Below are positions 41,197 to 57,441 of a stretch of 64,000 nt of DNA, in pieces. The stretch comes from the human T2T-CHM13v2.0 reference genome, Homo sapiens. The notes under the pieces are model-generated. The model was not told the DNA's origin. It worked only from the letters and a program-made list of their open reading frames with translations, and made no database searches. Position 1 is the stretch's first letter; every line of letters begins with the position of its first letter. The position numbers were made by a program, and so were the translations under genes. The stretch lies in the NCBI RefSeq assembly GCF_009914755.1, contig NC_060941.1; one strand, written 5' to 3'.

Positions 41197-42857
41197 ACTC
41201 AATAGGTAGTTTTTCCGTCCTCAGCCTCCTCCCACCCTCGCCCTCAAGTAGGCCCCAGTGTCCCTTGCTCCCTTCCTAGCTCTCACTTATAAGTCAGAAC
41301 ATGTGGTATTTGGTTTTCTGTTCCTGTGTTAATTCACTTAGGAATGGCCTCCAGCTGCATGTGTGTTGCGGCAAAGGACATAATTTACTGTAAGAAGTGT
41401 CTGTTCATGTCTTTGCCCATTTTTTAAATGAGGTTGTTGGATTTTTGTTTGTTAATTTTTTAAATGTCCTTATAGATTATGGATATCAGATCTTTGTTGG
41501 GTGCATTCTCCCCTTGGTAGTTGTCTGTTTATTCTGTTGATAGTTACTTTTGCTGTGCAGAAGCTTATTCATTTAATTAAGTCCCAGTCGTCAATTTTAG
41601 TTTTTGTTCAATTGCTTTTGGAGTCTTCATCATGAACTCATTGACAGGGCCTCTGTTCAGAATAGTATTTCCTAGGTTAGTTTTAGGTTTTATATTTAAG
41701 TTTTTAATCTATCTTGAGTTGATTTTTGTGTATGGTGAAAGGAAGGAGTCCAGTTTCAATCTTCTACATATGGCTAAGCAGTTATCCCAGCACCATTTAC
41801 TGAGTAAGAAGTCCTTTCCCCATTGCTTGTTATTGTCAACTTTGTGAAAGACCAGATGGTTGTATGTGTGCAGCTTTATTTCTGGGTTTTCCAACTTATT
41901 TCATTGGTCTATGTGTCTGTTTTTGTACCAGTATCATGCTGTGTTGGTTATTGTAGGCTTCTAGTATAATTCGAAGTCAGGTCTTGTGATGCCTCTGGCT
42001 TTGTTTTTTTCACTTAGGATTGCTTTGGCTATTTGGGCTCTTTTTTGGTTCCATAGGATTTTTAGAATTTTTTTTCCTAATTCTGTGAAAAATATTGGCA
42101 TTTTGATAGAAATAGCGCTGAATCTGTAAATTATTTCAGGAAGTATGGCTGCTTTAACAATATTTATTCTTCCTGTCCATGAGCATGGAATGAAAACTAA
42201 CAAAGATATTCAGGACCTATATTCAACATTTCACCAAATGAACCTAATAGATATGTACAGAATACTCCACCCAATAACAAAATATACATTCTTCTCATCT
42301 ACACATGGCACATACTTTAAAACTCACCACACGCTTGGCCATAAAGCAATTCTCAACAAATTTTTAAAAAAACTAAAATTATATCAACCACTCTCTTGGA
42401 CCGCAGCACAATAAAAATAGAAATCAATACCAAAATATCTCAAAGCCATACGATGATGTGGAAATTAAGCAATCTGCTCCTGAATGACCTTTGGGTAAAT
42501 AATGAAATTAAGGCAGAAATCAAGAAATTCTTTGACGCTAATGATAACAAAGACACAACATACCAGAATCTCTGAGATACAGCTAAAGCAGTTTTAAGGG
42601 GAAATTTTATAGTGCTAAACACCCATATCAAAAAGTTAGAAAGATCTAAAATTAATAACCTAACATCATACCTAGAGGAACTAGAAAAACCAGAGCAAAC
42701 CAATCCCAAGGCTGGCAGAAGAAAGGAAATAACCAAAATCAGAACTGAGTGGAATGAAACTGAGATGCAAAAACCCATACAAAAGACTAACAAAATCAAA
42801 GGTTGGTTTTTTGAAAGAATAAATAAGATTGATAAACTGCTAGTTAGACTAATAAAA
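41197..42857 (-). mobile_element. L1PA13-16-type L1 with an inverted 5' segment (41197-42192 minus, 42192-42857 plus)
   Basis: Minus-strand [13 protein letters not shown] abuts plus-strand KTNKDIQDL...[13 protein letters not shown]; the chimeric ORF 42145..42414 spans the junction. Confidence 0.88.
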
Positions 42858-43539
42858 GTTTTTTTTTTTCCAAATACATCTTGTTTCCACAGACAAGACT
42901 GTAAGCTGGACTGTAAGTTTCTCCAGGATGGAAATCATGCTTTCCCTTTATTTTCAACTCATCTTCTTCCTACCTGACATTCTTCCCTCTTTCTCAGTCT
43001 GCAAATTTTTATTAAATTTTTATTAAATGTGTATGTCATCCCAGGAATTATGCTAAGCCCTGGAGATTTAAGATAAATAAATAAAGACACAAAATGCTCA
43101 GAAAATGCTTCACAAATAACTGACTCCTATTCTTTGTGACATTTCCACTGCTAAGAATGCACCTTATTCTATCAGGTACAGGCATCCTGGCAGTTTTTTG
43201 GGGGTAGTTATATGACCTGGGCCAGTTGTTTCCCCATTTGACTCAGATTTCTCAAGTGTGAAATAAAGAGTTTAACACGATCTTCTCCAAGCCCTAGAAT
43301 TCCAGGGTTCTAGGTCATGATAGCTGTTTAATATGAACCAGAAGCCATGCTGACTTTGAACTCTTCTCTCATTCTGACCCTTCCTCAGCATAAAAGAAGA
43401 CAAATACATTTCACTGTCCCCTCTACTACACGTCTCTTCCAGATAAGGTGATTGTACCATTTTAAAGTCACTCACAACCCTTCTGGCATATTCATTGTAA
43501 TCGTCCATTTTATTTATATGTGTTCTGCAATTTACACAG

Positions 43540-43700
43540 CCCTCCCAAACAACTCTGGAAGCAGGTAATGGAGGAGTTGTCACCCATTTTACAGATGAGA
43601 AAGCTGACTTTGAGATATTATCATTATTGACTTGCCCAAGGTCATGGAGCTCATGTAAGTTTCTGAATGGTGCCAAAACAGTGTCCTCTCTCAACTACAT
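43540..43700 (-). mobile_element. MIR SINE
   Basis: cccattttacagatgagaaagctgac...gacttgcccaaggtca. Confidence 0.65.
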
Positions 43701-44639
43701 GAGGCTTGAGCACAGCCTAAAAGATAGAGTCAGCTCTTGCCATCAAAAGCCTGGATTTCATGAGAAAAAAAGTCTGTGAACTTCTTAAGATGCTTAAGTC
43801 AAAATAGTTTTGGTGAAGCATAATTTTAACCCGCAGCATAACAAGGCCTTTGGCAAGGAAACAAGGAATACTAGGGACATAGTGTCTGCAAGGAAAATGC
43901 AACAGAATGCCACATACATCAAGCAGCTTTCACAGTCTGGGGATGAAAGAAATTAGAGTAGGGAAAAATTGCACCGTGTTTGGGGCCCTCTGTTCTGTGA
44001 AGTTCTCATTCAGGTCTTTGCAAAACTCAGCCATGTTTTCCCTCATTCCCCTAACCCTTGTGTTTCATTTTTAAACCCCAGTGCCTGCAAAGAGACATCC
44101 AACGCACATGTTTCTGATTCATTTACACTTAACTCATCAAGCTCTGTTTAAGAAGAGCTATCTGGTGTCCAAAATCTTTTGGAATATTTTCCTTTCCTTT
44201 TAATAAGCCATTGGGAGTTGTTTTTATTTCTTGTTTGTTTTTTGTTTTGTTTTGTTTTGTTTTTACTGGCATGTTCGTGCTTGAGTTGAGCACATGTAAC
44301 AAAGCAGGGCACTTAAAGAGCCTAGTGGACAGGCACACCCCAATCTGCTTAGAGACTGAGAGGGACATTTTTGGTTAGCAGAGTCTCCGAGGCTCCATAG
44401 TCACGGGGCTTCACAAAGGGAGCCTGAAGAAGCTTGAGACAGGGCAGCTTGCCCATGACCAGGCCCATGTGGACCACCACAAGGCCCAGCAAGAAACAGA
44501 CAAGGCTGCAGACTTGAGGGAAAGGGTTTTCTCTGTCCTGCCCAGCCTCCAGGGCTACAGGAAGAGAGAAAAGCTACATAACTGCTGGCTCAGAAGAAGA
44601 CAGTCATCCCAGGGAAAGACAGTTCTGCTCGCAAGGTAA

Positions 44640-45615
<976 letters not shown>

Positions 45616-46279
45616 TCCTTGACAACTGTTTAACCCAGAGTCATACATAAGCTTAAGAAGCCAGGGAAATAAATGTCTCCTGGTCTTAGAGCAGCAGAAG
45701 CAAGCAGACCTAGAAGAACCCCATTTCTGTCTTGGATAAGGTAGTATCGATGCATTGCTCTCAAGTATTTGGCCATTGAGTCAGCTGCTGTGAGGGTGAC
45801 CAGGAAGGGCAGGGGATTCTAAAACAGGTGACTATAGAGGACCAACTTCTGACCCAAACCCTTGGAATATTAGAAGGCTTGATGCTATAAGACAAGTTGG
45901 GACATGGACCTGCAAGAGACCAGAGTGGCTCAGGGAGATTGCATCCGGGGCTGGGTAAGCCAAGGCCTACATCCTGCCCCTGAAAGTCACTGGCAATTTG
46001 CCTTTCAGCAAGCCGTTTACCCTCCCTGAGGCTGTTTCCTTCTTTGCAAAATGGGCATGATAGCAGCATGTTGTATAATATCAGATGTATAAGTACCAAA
46101 CACAAGATCTGATATAAAAAGGGTACCCAATAAATAGTAGCTGTTGTTACTGGAGAGACTACAGTCGCAAACATTCTAATTATAATGAGCCCAGAAAACA
46201 TGGTTTTGTTACAATATTAGGACAATATTAGAACACCTGTCCTAATAATGACCTGGAAAATTAACCAATCCAAAAATTG

Positions 46280-46960
46280 CATTTATTTTTCTATTTTTTA
46301 TTACGGTATAATACCTTTAGAAAGTACTATCTTAACCACTTCAAATGCACCGTTCAGTGGCATTAAGTACATTGATATGATTGTACAACTATCACCTCCA
46401 TTCATCTCCAGAACTATTTTCATCTTGCAAAACTGACAGTCTATATACATTAAACAACAACTCCTTGTTTCCTCTCCCCTCAGTTCCTGGGAACCACAAT
46501 TCTATTTTCTATCTCTATGAATTTGACTACTCTAGGAATCTCATATAAGTGGAATTATATATAATATTTGTCTTTTTTGTAACTGGCTTATTTCACTTAG
46601 GATAATATCATCAGGGTTAGCATAAGGTCCCCAAAGTTCATCCACATTATAGCATGTGTCAGGATTTCCTTCCTTTTTAAGGCTGAATAATATTCCAGTG
46701 TATGTATATACCATATTTTGTTAATCCATTAATCCATCCATGGACAATTTGGTTGCTTCTACCTTTTGATTATTGTGGATAATGTTGCTATGAAGATGGG
46801 TTGCTATGAGACCATGCTTTCAATTCTTTTGAGGGTATATCCACAAGTGGAATTGCTGGATCATATATTAATTCTATTTTTAAGTTTTTTGAGGAACTAC
46901 CATAATATTTTTCACTATGTAGTGGTTTTACCATTTTACACTCCCACCAATGGTGCACCG
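46280..46960 (-). mobile_element. L1MA/L1MB 3' end
   Basis: ttcagtggcattaagtacatt...ccatccatggacaatttggttgcttc...ccaccaatggtgcac. Confidence 0.8.
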
Positions 46961-47974
46961 GTTACATTTTGAAGTGGAGGTTTAAGGAGGGAAATGCAAT
47001 GAGTGAGTAGAATACCAAGTAGAAGGGATCCTAATTCCACAGTTACCCTGACTGTCTGGGAAAATGTTTCTTCCATTTGTTTCCTTTACATTTTTGCCAG
47101 GGAAAACTGATAGTTGATGCCTGAATTGGGCCCCTGATTCAACAGCCCAAATATTTTTTCTAGATACAGCTGTTAGTGCATCTTAACACCCTAAGACATC
47201 AATTTGACACAAAAGACAGCAAATTCTACCTTTTCCGGGACATGTTGCACATGGCTGACACTCCGAATCTCTCTAAAAAATACTTTGGTGTTTCCTTTCT
47301 TTTTTTATATTTATACATAATACAAGACAGATAAAATATTTTACATGACTAAATTTATATGTACCTTCAGTATCCCTTTTTCATTTAACAGTATAGTGTG
47401 TTCATTTTCATTGTTATAAACAGCTCTTTGTAAATACCTTTATTTAATGGGTATACTATACCCAGTACTATAACTGGCTCATATCATAATTTTTTAGCCA
47501 TTCTTTGTTTGACACTTGGATTTTTTTCCCAATTTTTTACTATTATAAATAATGTGCTGACACACAAATCTTTGTCTGAATTTTATGTAGTTTTTCTAAG
47601 GAAGAGTGTCAGAACTGAATTTCTAAGTTAAAAACAATGGAAATTTTTAAGGATTTTGATAATATTGTCAAGTAGATTCCAGGAATACAATACAATTACA
47701 GACACTCACCAGATAGGGAATCTTATTTTTATTCACATATGTAATTAGTGCATTTTTAAATGTTACTAACTGCAACACAACTCATTGAATAAAGAATATT
47801 ACTGAAAGGAAATAAAAAAGATATAAAGAAAAAACTAAAAGTATAAAAATGTTTAAGTTCCTAAAACATAAGAAAAATTAAAATAGCTAATATTATTGTG
47901 TATTGGATGTGTGTCAGAAATTTTGTTGAGTATTTATGTACAAAAACATCTTTCATCTTCAGAACTATATAGTA

Positions 47975-48370
47975 AGGTTAGGACATTTTCAGTTGCAATA
48001 TCCCAAGCAATTATTCATTTAAATGAAAAAGACTGGGATAAGTTTAGCTTCAGGTACAGTTTGATTCAGGGTCCCAAATGTTACTGTCTCTCCCTCTATT
48101 TCTTGACATTGACTTCTTCTATGTTTGCTTCATTCTCATCAATGACAGGTTCCCCAAGAGCCTGGGCCAAAATCTCATTGCATGTCATTGACTCTTAGCA
48201 TGTCACATTTCTGTAACCATAGTAATAGGACATTCTTATTGGATAGATCCGAGTCACATACAAGGGCATCCAAAGCATGGGAACTGGGAATGGGGTAGAG
48301 AGCAGAACCCTAAAGAAATCTGGGACTCTTTGACAAGGGAGGAGTCAATGGATGCTGAGCAGCAAAAGTA
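47975..48370. mobile_element. Old MLT1 (MaLR) LTR remnant
   Basis: gttaggacattttcagttgcaa and ttcaggtacagtttgattcagggtcc resemble MLT1J/K. Confidence 0.5.
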
Positions 48371-48377
48371 ATTCTAC

Positions 48378-48709
<332 letters not shown>

Positions 48710-49089
48710 TCAGAGAGCTTATTTGACTTCTCCAAGATCACACAGCTAGTAAGTAGCAGAGAGCGATTGAAACACGGGCTCCCATCTGTCTCACCCTATT
48801 AGAGGCACTGAAAAGCTTGACCAGGCCCTCACACCTGCGATCCTAGGGTAACCTAACTCTAGTCCCTTTGGGGCTGGCAATTTGCCTGGGTTTTTTGCAT
48901 ACAGCTGTGGTCTCCACATAGTTATAATTGTTCAAGCTGAATGTATTCATTCATTCAGCCAGAGGAGGTGACTCCCACTTATTCTGACTGGTAGCTTAAT
49001 GGACCCAAGGTTAAAGGCCATTAGATTTGGAGGCAGGCAGGTTGAGTTCAAATCTTATCCCTGAAAAAATGTACCTTGCGGTTATCACT

Positions 49090-49200
49090 TAAGCTAAGCT
49101 TCAGTTTCCTCATCTGTAAAATGGACTGAATAACGGTCCCTTCTCTTCCTAAAAAGAATTAAGTGAGCTAATGCATGGAACCTGTTTAGGGCCATGCTTG
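49090..49200 (+). mobile_element. MIR core
   Basis: cttcagtttcctcatctgtaaaatgg. Confidence 0.65.
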
Positions 49201-49477
49201 CCTCCTCGTTTTTACTGGCTAGTGATGGGACCCAACGCCCCACCACAGGCATCATCACCACCCCTTCATGTGCTATAATCACTGATCCTTACCTCTCCTC
49301 AGGAAACGGTTGCTTCCAATTCCAGATCCAATATCTAAAGTTGAGCATAATGCATGACAGTGAGACAGATAAATTAAGAAAGGCCATTCTTTCACAGAAG
49401 AGGATTTAACCCTGCTAAAAATTGGAGTATCTGCTGATTACCAAGGAGATGAACATTATGAAAGGGAGTTTATTCTT

Positions 49478-50913
49478 TTTTTTTTTTTTAACAGCCTCCA
49501 GACAGAGGGCCCAAGCATCTGTACTTTAAAAATTTAGATTAAAATAGAGGTTTCGGCTGAATACTTCTATGTAAGAACCACTACCATAGACGATTAGGAG
49601 AAGACTGTGCTGTTCAGAGTGATCAGAAAAGGCTTAATGAAGAATTTCAGTAGAGCCATAAAGGAAAAATAAGATTTAGTTGAAAGTTTAAGTGTGATGG
49701 TATTAAGGCTAAGCACACAATGAAGAAAAAGATTAAGGAGGTGTCAAATACAGTGTTTAAAACGTATAGCAAGGAGACTGTTTTGGGCAAAAAAAGTAGG
49801 TGAATGATTGGGCAGATGACCCCCAAATTGTTAAAGACTTTTAGGGTGAAGTCTAGTCTTGAAAACATTGGGGAGCACAGAATATTTCTAAGAAATGGAC
49901 TTAGTACCTAATGCAGGAGAAACTGTTGAAATGAAAGACAGAAGGCAGGAAAGACAGAGAGTACATACTGCAGAAGTCCAGGCAAGAGATGAATAGGGCC
50001 TAGATCAGCACTGTATTTTTTTATTACTATTATTATTATACTTTAAGTTCTAGGGTACATGTGTACAACATACAGGTTTGTTACATAGGTATACATGTGT
50101 CATGTTGGCTTGCCGCACCCTGTAAATCAACTTGTCATTTACATTAGATATTTCTCCTGATGCTATCCCTCCCCTAGCCTCCCACCCCATGACAGGCCCC
50201 AGAGTGTGACATTCCCCACCCTGTGTCCATGTGTTTTCATTGTTCAATTCCCACCTATGAGTGAGAACATGCGGTGTTTGGTTTTCTGTCCTTGGGATAG
50301 TTTGCTGAGAATGATGGTTTCCAGCTTCATCCATGTCCTGCAAAGGACATGAGCTCATGGAATACTGCATAGTATTCCATGGCGTATATGTGCCACATTT
50401 TCTTAATCCAGTTTATCATTGATGGATATTTGAGTTGGTTCCAAGTCTTTGCTATTGTGAATAGTGCTGCAATAGACATACACGTCTTTATAGTAGCATG
50501 ATTGATAATCCTTTGGGTATATACCCAGTAACGGGATCGCTGGGTCAAATGGTATTTCTAGTTCTAGGTCCTTGAGGAATCGCCACACTGTCTTCCACAA
50601 TGGTTGAACTAATTTACACTCCCACCAACACTGGAAAAGTGCTCCTATTTCTCCACATCCTCTCCAGCATCTGTTGGTTCCTGACTTTTTAATGATCGCC
50701 ATTCTAACTGGTGTGAGATGGTATCTCATTGTGGTTTTGATTTGCATTTCTCTGATGACCAGTGATGGTGAGCATTTTTTCATGTGTCTGTTGGCTGCAT
50801 AAATGTCTTCTTTTGAGAAGTGTCTGTTCATATCCTTTGCCCACTTTCTGATTGGGTTGTTTGTTTTTTTCTTGTAAATTTGTTTAAGTTCTTTGTAGAT
50901 TCTGGATATTAGC
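49478..50913 (-). mobile_element. L1PA5/6-type 5'-truncated L1 (50016-50913) plus ~525-bp 3'-transduced segment (49490-50015) and a second polyA
   Basis: 19-bp TSD tgaaagggagtttattctt at 49459-49477 and 50914-50932; T14 at 49476-49489; the L1's own degenerate tail at 50016-50040; ORF2 C-terminal peptide in ORF 50403..50831. Confidence 0.9.
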
Positions 50914-51609
50914 TGAAAGGGAGTTTATTCTTATTCCTTTTCCCACAGACAAATCATTCCCTTTATTTTTAATAACTTACCTCTCCTCCAATTTTTTCTC
51001 ATCCATGATGTATTTCAATTCATCATAGGGTATAACTTAAATGCTTTGAATGAGATGATTTTTTTTGCTGAGGGAGCCCCAGCTTCACTGCATTTCCTTT
51101 GAATTGTGGCAAATTCCGTTTTGAGGTTTGTTTAAGGGAAAGGAGGCTTCTTAAACAAAAGTGTACTCTATGCACAATGGTAGTAGTGTTTATGGGTTAC
51201 CCCCACTAACTCCTAAAATCTCAGCTAAAAAATAATGATATGAAATATAGAAGCCATTCATGCCAAGCTCCCACTACCATGTAAGGGAATGACTATCAAA
51301 TGGTAGCTGTTTGGTATGTCCAGCTTCTGTTAATTATTCCTACAGTGTTCAATAGAATAAAATACCTATTTGAATCAACACTAATAAAATTAAAGTAACT
51401 TTGATCTCATTCTAGAGTAATGACTAAGCACTTCCTAGACAAACTGGTAATGAGAAGTATAGGAATTTACAATTCCAAATTCTACATGTTTGACTTGCAG
51501 GACATCAATCTTGTAAGCTCTTTATTTTTATTTAAAACTATTTCTTATTCATTTATTGACCTACAGAGTTATCCTGTAGTAGCATAATAATAATAATGCT
51601 AATTATAAT

Positions 51610-51860
51610 AATAATAATCACTCTCCTGTATTGAGTACCTACAATGTGCCAGGCACTATCTTGAATGCCTCATGTACATTTTCTTATATAATCCTCACAG
51701 TACACCTGAGAAGTCAGTATTTGTGTTCCCATTACAGAGGATGTCATTAAAGATTAAAAAACTGGTGTACAAAGTCTCATGATAATAAATGTCAGGACCA
51801 GAATCAAACCCAAATATGGCTAACTCCATATTAGCCATAGTGTACGCTGCTTGAGAACTG
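51610..51860 (-). mobile_element. MIR SINE
   Basis: tattgagtacctacaatgtgccaggcact...aatcctcac. Confidence 0.65.
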
Positions 51861-54039
51861 AGTTTGCAACCCTTCAGAGTTTGAGTTTTATCTAGCTCAC
51901 TCACTGCCATAAAATCATATTTTTAGCCCCAAATTGTACACTCAAAGAGAGATTTTATCAAAGCCTGAAAGCTAGCAGTATAGGTATATGTTTATGTAGG
52001 AGAATATTGAGTCACACGATCTACAGTATTTCGAATAATGAGAGAGTGGTATCACCATCAGTGGCATCATCACAGGTGACCTTTTCAATATATGACTCTA
52101 CGAATAAGATCAAGACATGATACACACTCTGTGGGTCAGAATGTCCGATAAGGGTCATTTGAAAAACCCTTGCTTCCTTAGGAAGGTAAACATTTATAGA
52201 GCAAATATCAAGAGATAAACTGGCTCTATATTATCAATTGATAACTTGTTAAAAGCAATTCCCAATAAAAGCCCCTTTGAATTACCTATCCACAACAATA
52301 TCAGAATGATCAAAGCAGCTTATATCTCACATTGAATGAAGCCTTAACTCATCTAAATGCCTCTTTGCCAATCTCTCTTCCTTCTTAAAGGTAACCACTG
52401 GGGAATACAATTCAGGTTCTGGCAAGAGGATCCCTGAGGGATTCCTTCTCTGCTGCCACACACCCTCCCTCAGTCACTCCCCTCCTCAGCCATCCTCTTG
52501 GATCTAAGTTCTGCAAAATTCCCAAATTAGGAATTAAGTACATGTTTATTCCATCATGATTTTCTCCTCTAATCTGGCAGATAAAAATAACAGAAAGAAA
52601 TATCTCTTTGAAGTCTCATTTTATCCTCTACTATCCCAAAAGTAAACTTCAAAATGTTGCTGGTCTCCTTTCTTCATTTGACCCCAGTCCAAGCAGGACA
52701 GCTTTAAGGGTGGACCCCACATACAATTCCAGTTCAAAAAAATTCCTATTGCTTTAGGAATATGCAGACTGATTTTGAATATGCATCTTGCCCATCACCA
52801 GTATTTTTTTAAGTTCTATTTCAAAAACTAGAGAATGGATCTTTTATTGGTAACAATAATTCTGAGAGTAGATGACCAAGAGACAGCTTGAAAGACATCT
52901 TAAAAGATGCCTTATGACCAAATACAAATAATCAAAAACAAAGCCTAACAGCTTAGACATTTGAACTGAACAAGTACATTAGAATAGTCTTCTGTTGTCT
53001 TGAAATGCCTTGAAGTGATAAAAACTGTGAAACTACGATATTTATTTTGAAAGATGTACAACATGAAGCTTAAAGGTGAAAGATCTATTTAGTGTGGATT
53101 TTTTTTTTAAGCTTCAAAATGAACAGTGTCTGATTCTTAAAGTAAAAGCTGTGAGACTTTTGCTGGAAGCATTTTAATATGTCCTTTAGTTTTTCTTCTT
53201 TAGTAAGATATGTCAGTTCCACATTTGTTGACACCCCTCTCTGTGCCATGCACAGTGCTAATGAGAATATACCAGCTAAGGAAAGTGTAGCCTCTGCCTT
53301 TGAGGAGATTAAAAACTCTTATGCTGGAAAAAATGGTATTACAAATTCTAATATACCCAATATAAAGAACTAAAAATTATATAACATCAGTTTTTCTACC
53401 TATTGTCCTATAATTTCCATTTTCTAAACAGAAAGAAGTGGAATCCCACAGAGAGAAATAATAAATGTTCATGCTGAGCAATGTTCTTTTTTCTTGTGAT
53501 GTCTAAAAGCAGTTTTCTCTAAATGAAATTTAAATAGAAATTACTAATATTGAAATTAGTAATATTATCAGATATTCTGTGTTTTCACCCAAGAAGCATA
53601 AGGCTTCAGGCTTCATAGAGCTTCTTCAGACAGTCTTTTGTTTTTATAGCTCGAAAATTGACAACACAAAGACAGCTATTGACTTGGCATCCAGGAGCAG
53701 AATAACACACCTGGTCCTAATGCCTGTGTTTTTTCTTCCAATCTTCCCCCTCTCTCTGTTTTTTCTCTTTGTTGCTTCCCTGAGGATATTCATATACAGA
53801 ACTTTGCTCAGTACAACACAAAGAGCTAGATGACATTGTCTGCTGGCAGAAAAGTGACAACTATTAGGCTTGGGTTGGAAGCTGCAGTGGTTGTTGATTT
53901 TTAAGGTCTACACACAATTATTGAACAAAATATTCATATGACAGTTAAAGTGAATCTGTTTGTAAGTTTTGAAAGTTTAGGCAACTCGCGTATCATTTCT
54001 GGGCCTCAGTTCTCACATTATAAATATGAGCACTAAACC

Positions 54040-54851
<812 letters not shown>

Positions 54852-54854
54852 AAA

Positions 54855-56439
54855 TCACGGAGTTTTTTTTTGTTGAAGTTGACAAATTGATTCCAAAATG
54901 TTATAAAAATGCAAAGGATATAGAATAGTCAGAGCAATCTTGCAAAAAAAGAACAAAGTTGGAGGCTAACATGGTTTGGCTATGTCCCCACCCAAATCTC
55001 ATCTTGAATTCCCATATGTTGTGGGAGGGACCTAGTGGGAGGTAATTGAATCATGGGGGTAGGTCTTTCTCATGCTGTTTTCATAATAGTGAATAAGTCT
55101 CATGAGATCTGATGGTTTTAAAAAGGGGAGTTTCCCTGCACAAGCTCTCTTCTCTTGTCTGCCACCGTGTGAGATGGGCCTTTCACCTTCTGCCATGATT
55201 GTGAGGCCTCCCCAGCCATGTGGAACTGTTAAGTCCAATAAGCCTCTTTCTTTTGTAAATTGCCCAGTCTCAGGTATGTCTTTATCAGCAGCATGAAAAT
55301 GGACTAATACAGAGGCCTCAAGACTATCAAATTGCAGTAATCCAGATATATAGTATTAGTGTAAGCACAGATGAATAGGCCAATAGAGAACAGATAATGT
55401 AACACTTGACCCTTATTAAACAATTAATTGATTTTTCAGCCAAAGTGCCAAAATCATTCAATCAGGAAAAGAAAATGTTTTCAATAAATGGTTCTAGAAC
55501 AACTAGATCATAATTTGAAGGGAAAAAAAGAATCTCAACCCCTATCTCATACAAAAATTAATTTTATATGGATCACAGACCTAAATGTATAAGCTAAAAT
55601 TATAAAGAAGAAAATATAAGATAAACCATTTGCAAAGACTTCAAACAGGACACAAAAAGTACTACCCATTAAAAAAGTACTTCATCTAAATTAAAAATTA
55701 AAGACTCCATTTAAAAATATGTGAATAAGCAAGCCACAGGCTGGAAAAATATATTCATGTCACATAGGACTTATATTCAGAATACATAAAGAACTACTAA
55801 AACTCAACAACAAAAAGACAACCCAATTTTTAAAACAGGCAAAAAACTTGAACAAACACTTCACAGAAGATATAAAAATAATTAGCAGCACATTTTTTAA
55901 GTGCTGAAATTCATTAGACATCAAGGAAATGCAAATTAACATCACAATGAAATACCCCTCACACTATTTTAATGGCTAAAAATACTGACAATACCAAATG
56001 TTGGTAAAGATGTAGACAACTAGAATTCACATAGATTGTTCATGGGAGTATAAAATGGAATCATTACATTGGAAAACTATTTGGTAATTGATTATAAAAT
56101 TGAACATATCCCTACCTTAGGACCCAGCAATTCTACTCTTAGCTATTTACCTAAGATAAAGGAAAACGTATGTCCATTCAAAGACCTGTACCTGAATATT
56201 TATTGGAGTCTTATTCATCATAGCCCCAAAGTGAAAGCAACCCAAATATTTATCAACAGATATAAGGATAAATAAATTTTGGTATATTCATACTCAGTAA
56301 TATAAAGCAATAAACTACTAATACAAACAACAGCATGGATGAATTTCAAAAACATGTTGAGTGAAAGAAGCTAGACACAAAAGTATGCATACAGTATGAG
56401 TGCATTTATATAATAATAAAAATCAGAACAACAGGTGCC

Positions 56440-56471
<32 letters not shown>

Positions 56472-56640
56472 GTGTTGGAGGGAAGAGGGTGTGCAATAGA
56501 CTAGACCTCTCTGGGGTGCTACAAATGTCCTATCTTGATTGGGGTGTGGGTTACATAGGTATATACATTTATCAAAACATTTGTTAAAACTCATCAGACT
56601 TAAAATTTGTATGTAAGCATACACCAAAAATTAAAATTTC
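54855..56640 (+). mobile_element. Old L1M (MC/MD/ME-like) 3' region, interrupted by THE1
   Basis: Decayed ORF2 end and 3' UTR motifs (gacccagcaattctactc, gagtgaaagaagctagacacaaaag); internal (TG)n at ~56439-56475. Confidence 0.75.
54967..55311 (+). mobile_element. THE1B-like MaLR solo LTR
   Basis: atggtttggctatgtccccacccaaatctc...ggactaataca; 5-bp TSD gaggc at 54962-54966 and 55312-55316. Confidence 0.92.
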
Positions 56641-57117
56641 AAAAACCATTTTTGTGAACTATAAAGTGTTATATAAGTACTATAAAGTGTTTTAATTTTT
56701 GAAGTCTCTCATGACAAAGATGAGTTTGAAATGATTGCAATAGTGAACTAATGCTAAACAATGACATAGCTCTGAGTTTCCAGTTTTCATCTGCATATTT
56801 GAAGTGATTACATCCAACAAAATGAGTTTATTTTATAACTTAGCAAATGAATGCAGCACCCTTTAACCCACTCTAACTAGGACTTTTTTTTTTGAAGGCC
56901 TGGTGCTAGGAGTGATCTGTATCTACCTGTACCTAAACTTTAAGCTTTGACAAAGTGTTGGCACATTCACTTTATTAACTGTTATTCTTGGCAATTTTAG
57001 TAAAGTACCTTTAAATTGAAGTTAAAAAAATAAAAGTATAAGAAATGTCATACTGGAAATCACATCCTTTTTTCCCCTTAGGTATGGTAGCAGATGGAAA
57101 GGAACTGCTACCCTATA

Positions 57118-57441
57118 TGATTTTATTTTGTATTTTAACTTTTATTTTAGGTTCAGGGGTACATGTGCAGGTTTGCTACATAGGTAAAGTGCATGTCAAG
57201 GGAGTTTGGTGTATATATTATTTCATCACCCAGGTAATAAGCATGGTACTCAATAGGTAGTTTTTCAATCCTCTGCCTCCTCCCACTCTCCATCCTTAAG
57301 CATACATGTGTCCATGTGTACTCAGTGTTTAGCTCCCACTTATAAGTGAGAACATGCAGTATTTGGTTTTCTATTCCTCCCTCAATTCACTTAGTATAAT
57401 GGTCTCCAGCTCCATCATGTTGCTGCAAAGGACATGATCTC
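57118..57441 (-). mobile_element. L1PA13-16-type 3' end
   Basis: tttaacttttattttaggttcaggggtacatgtgcagg...aaaggacatgatctc. Confidence 0.88.
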
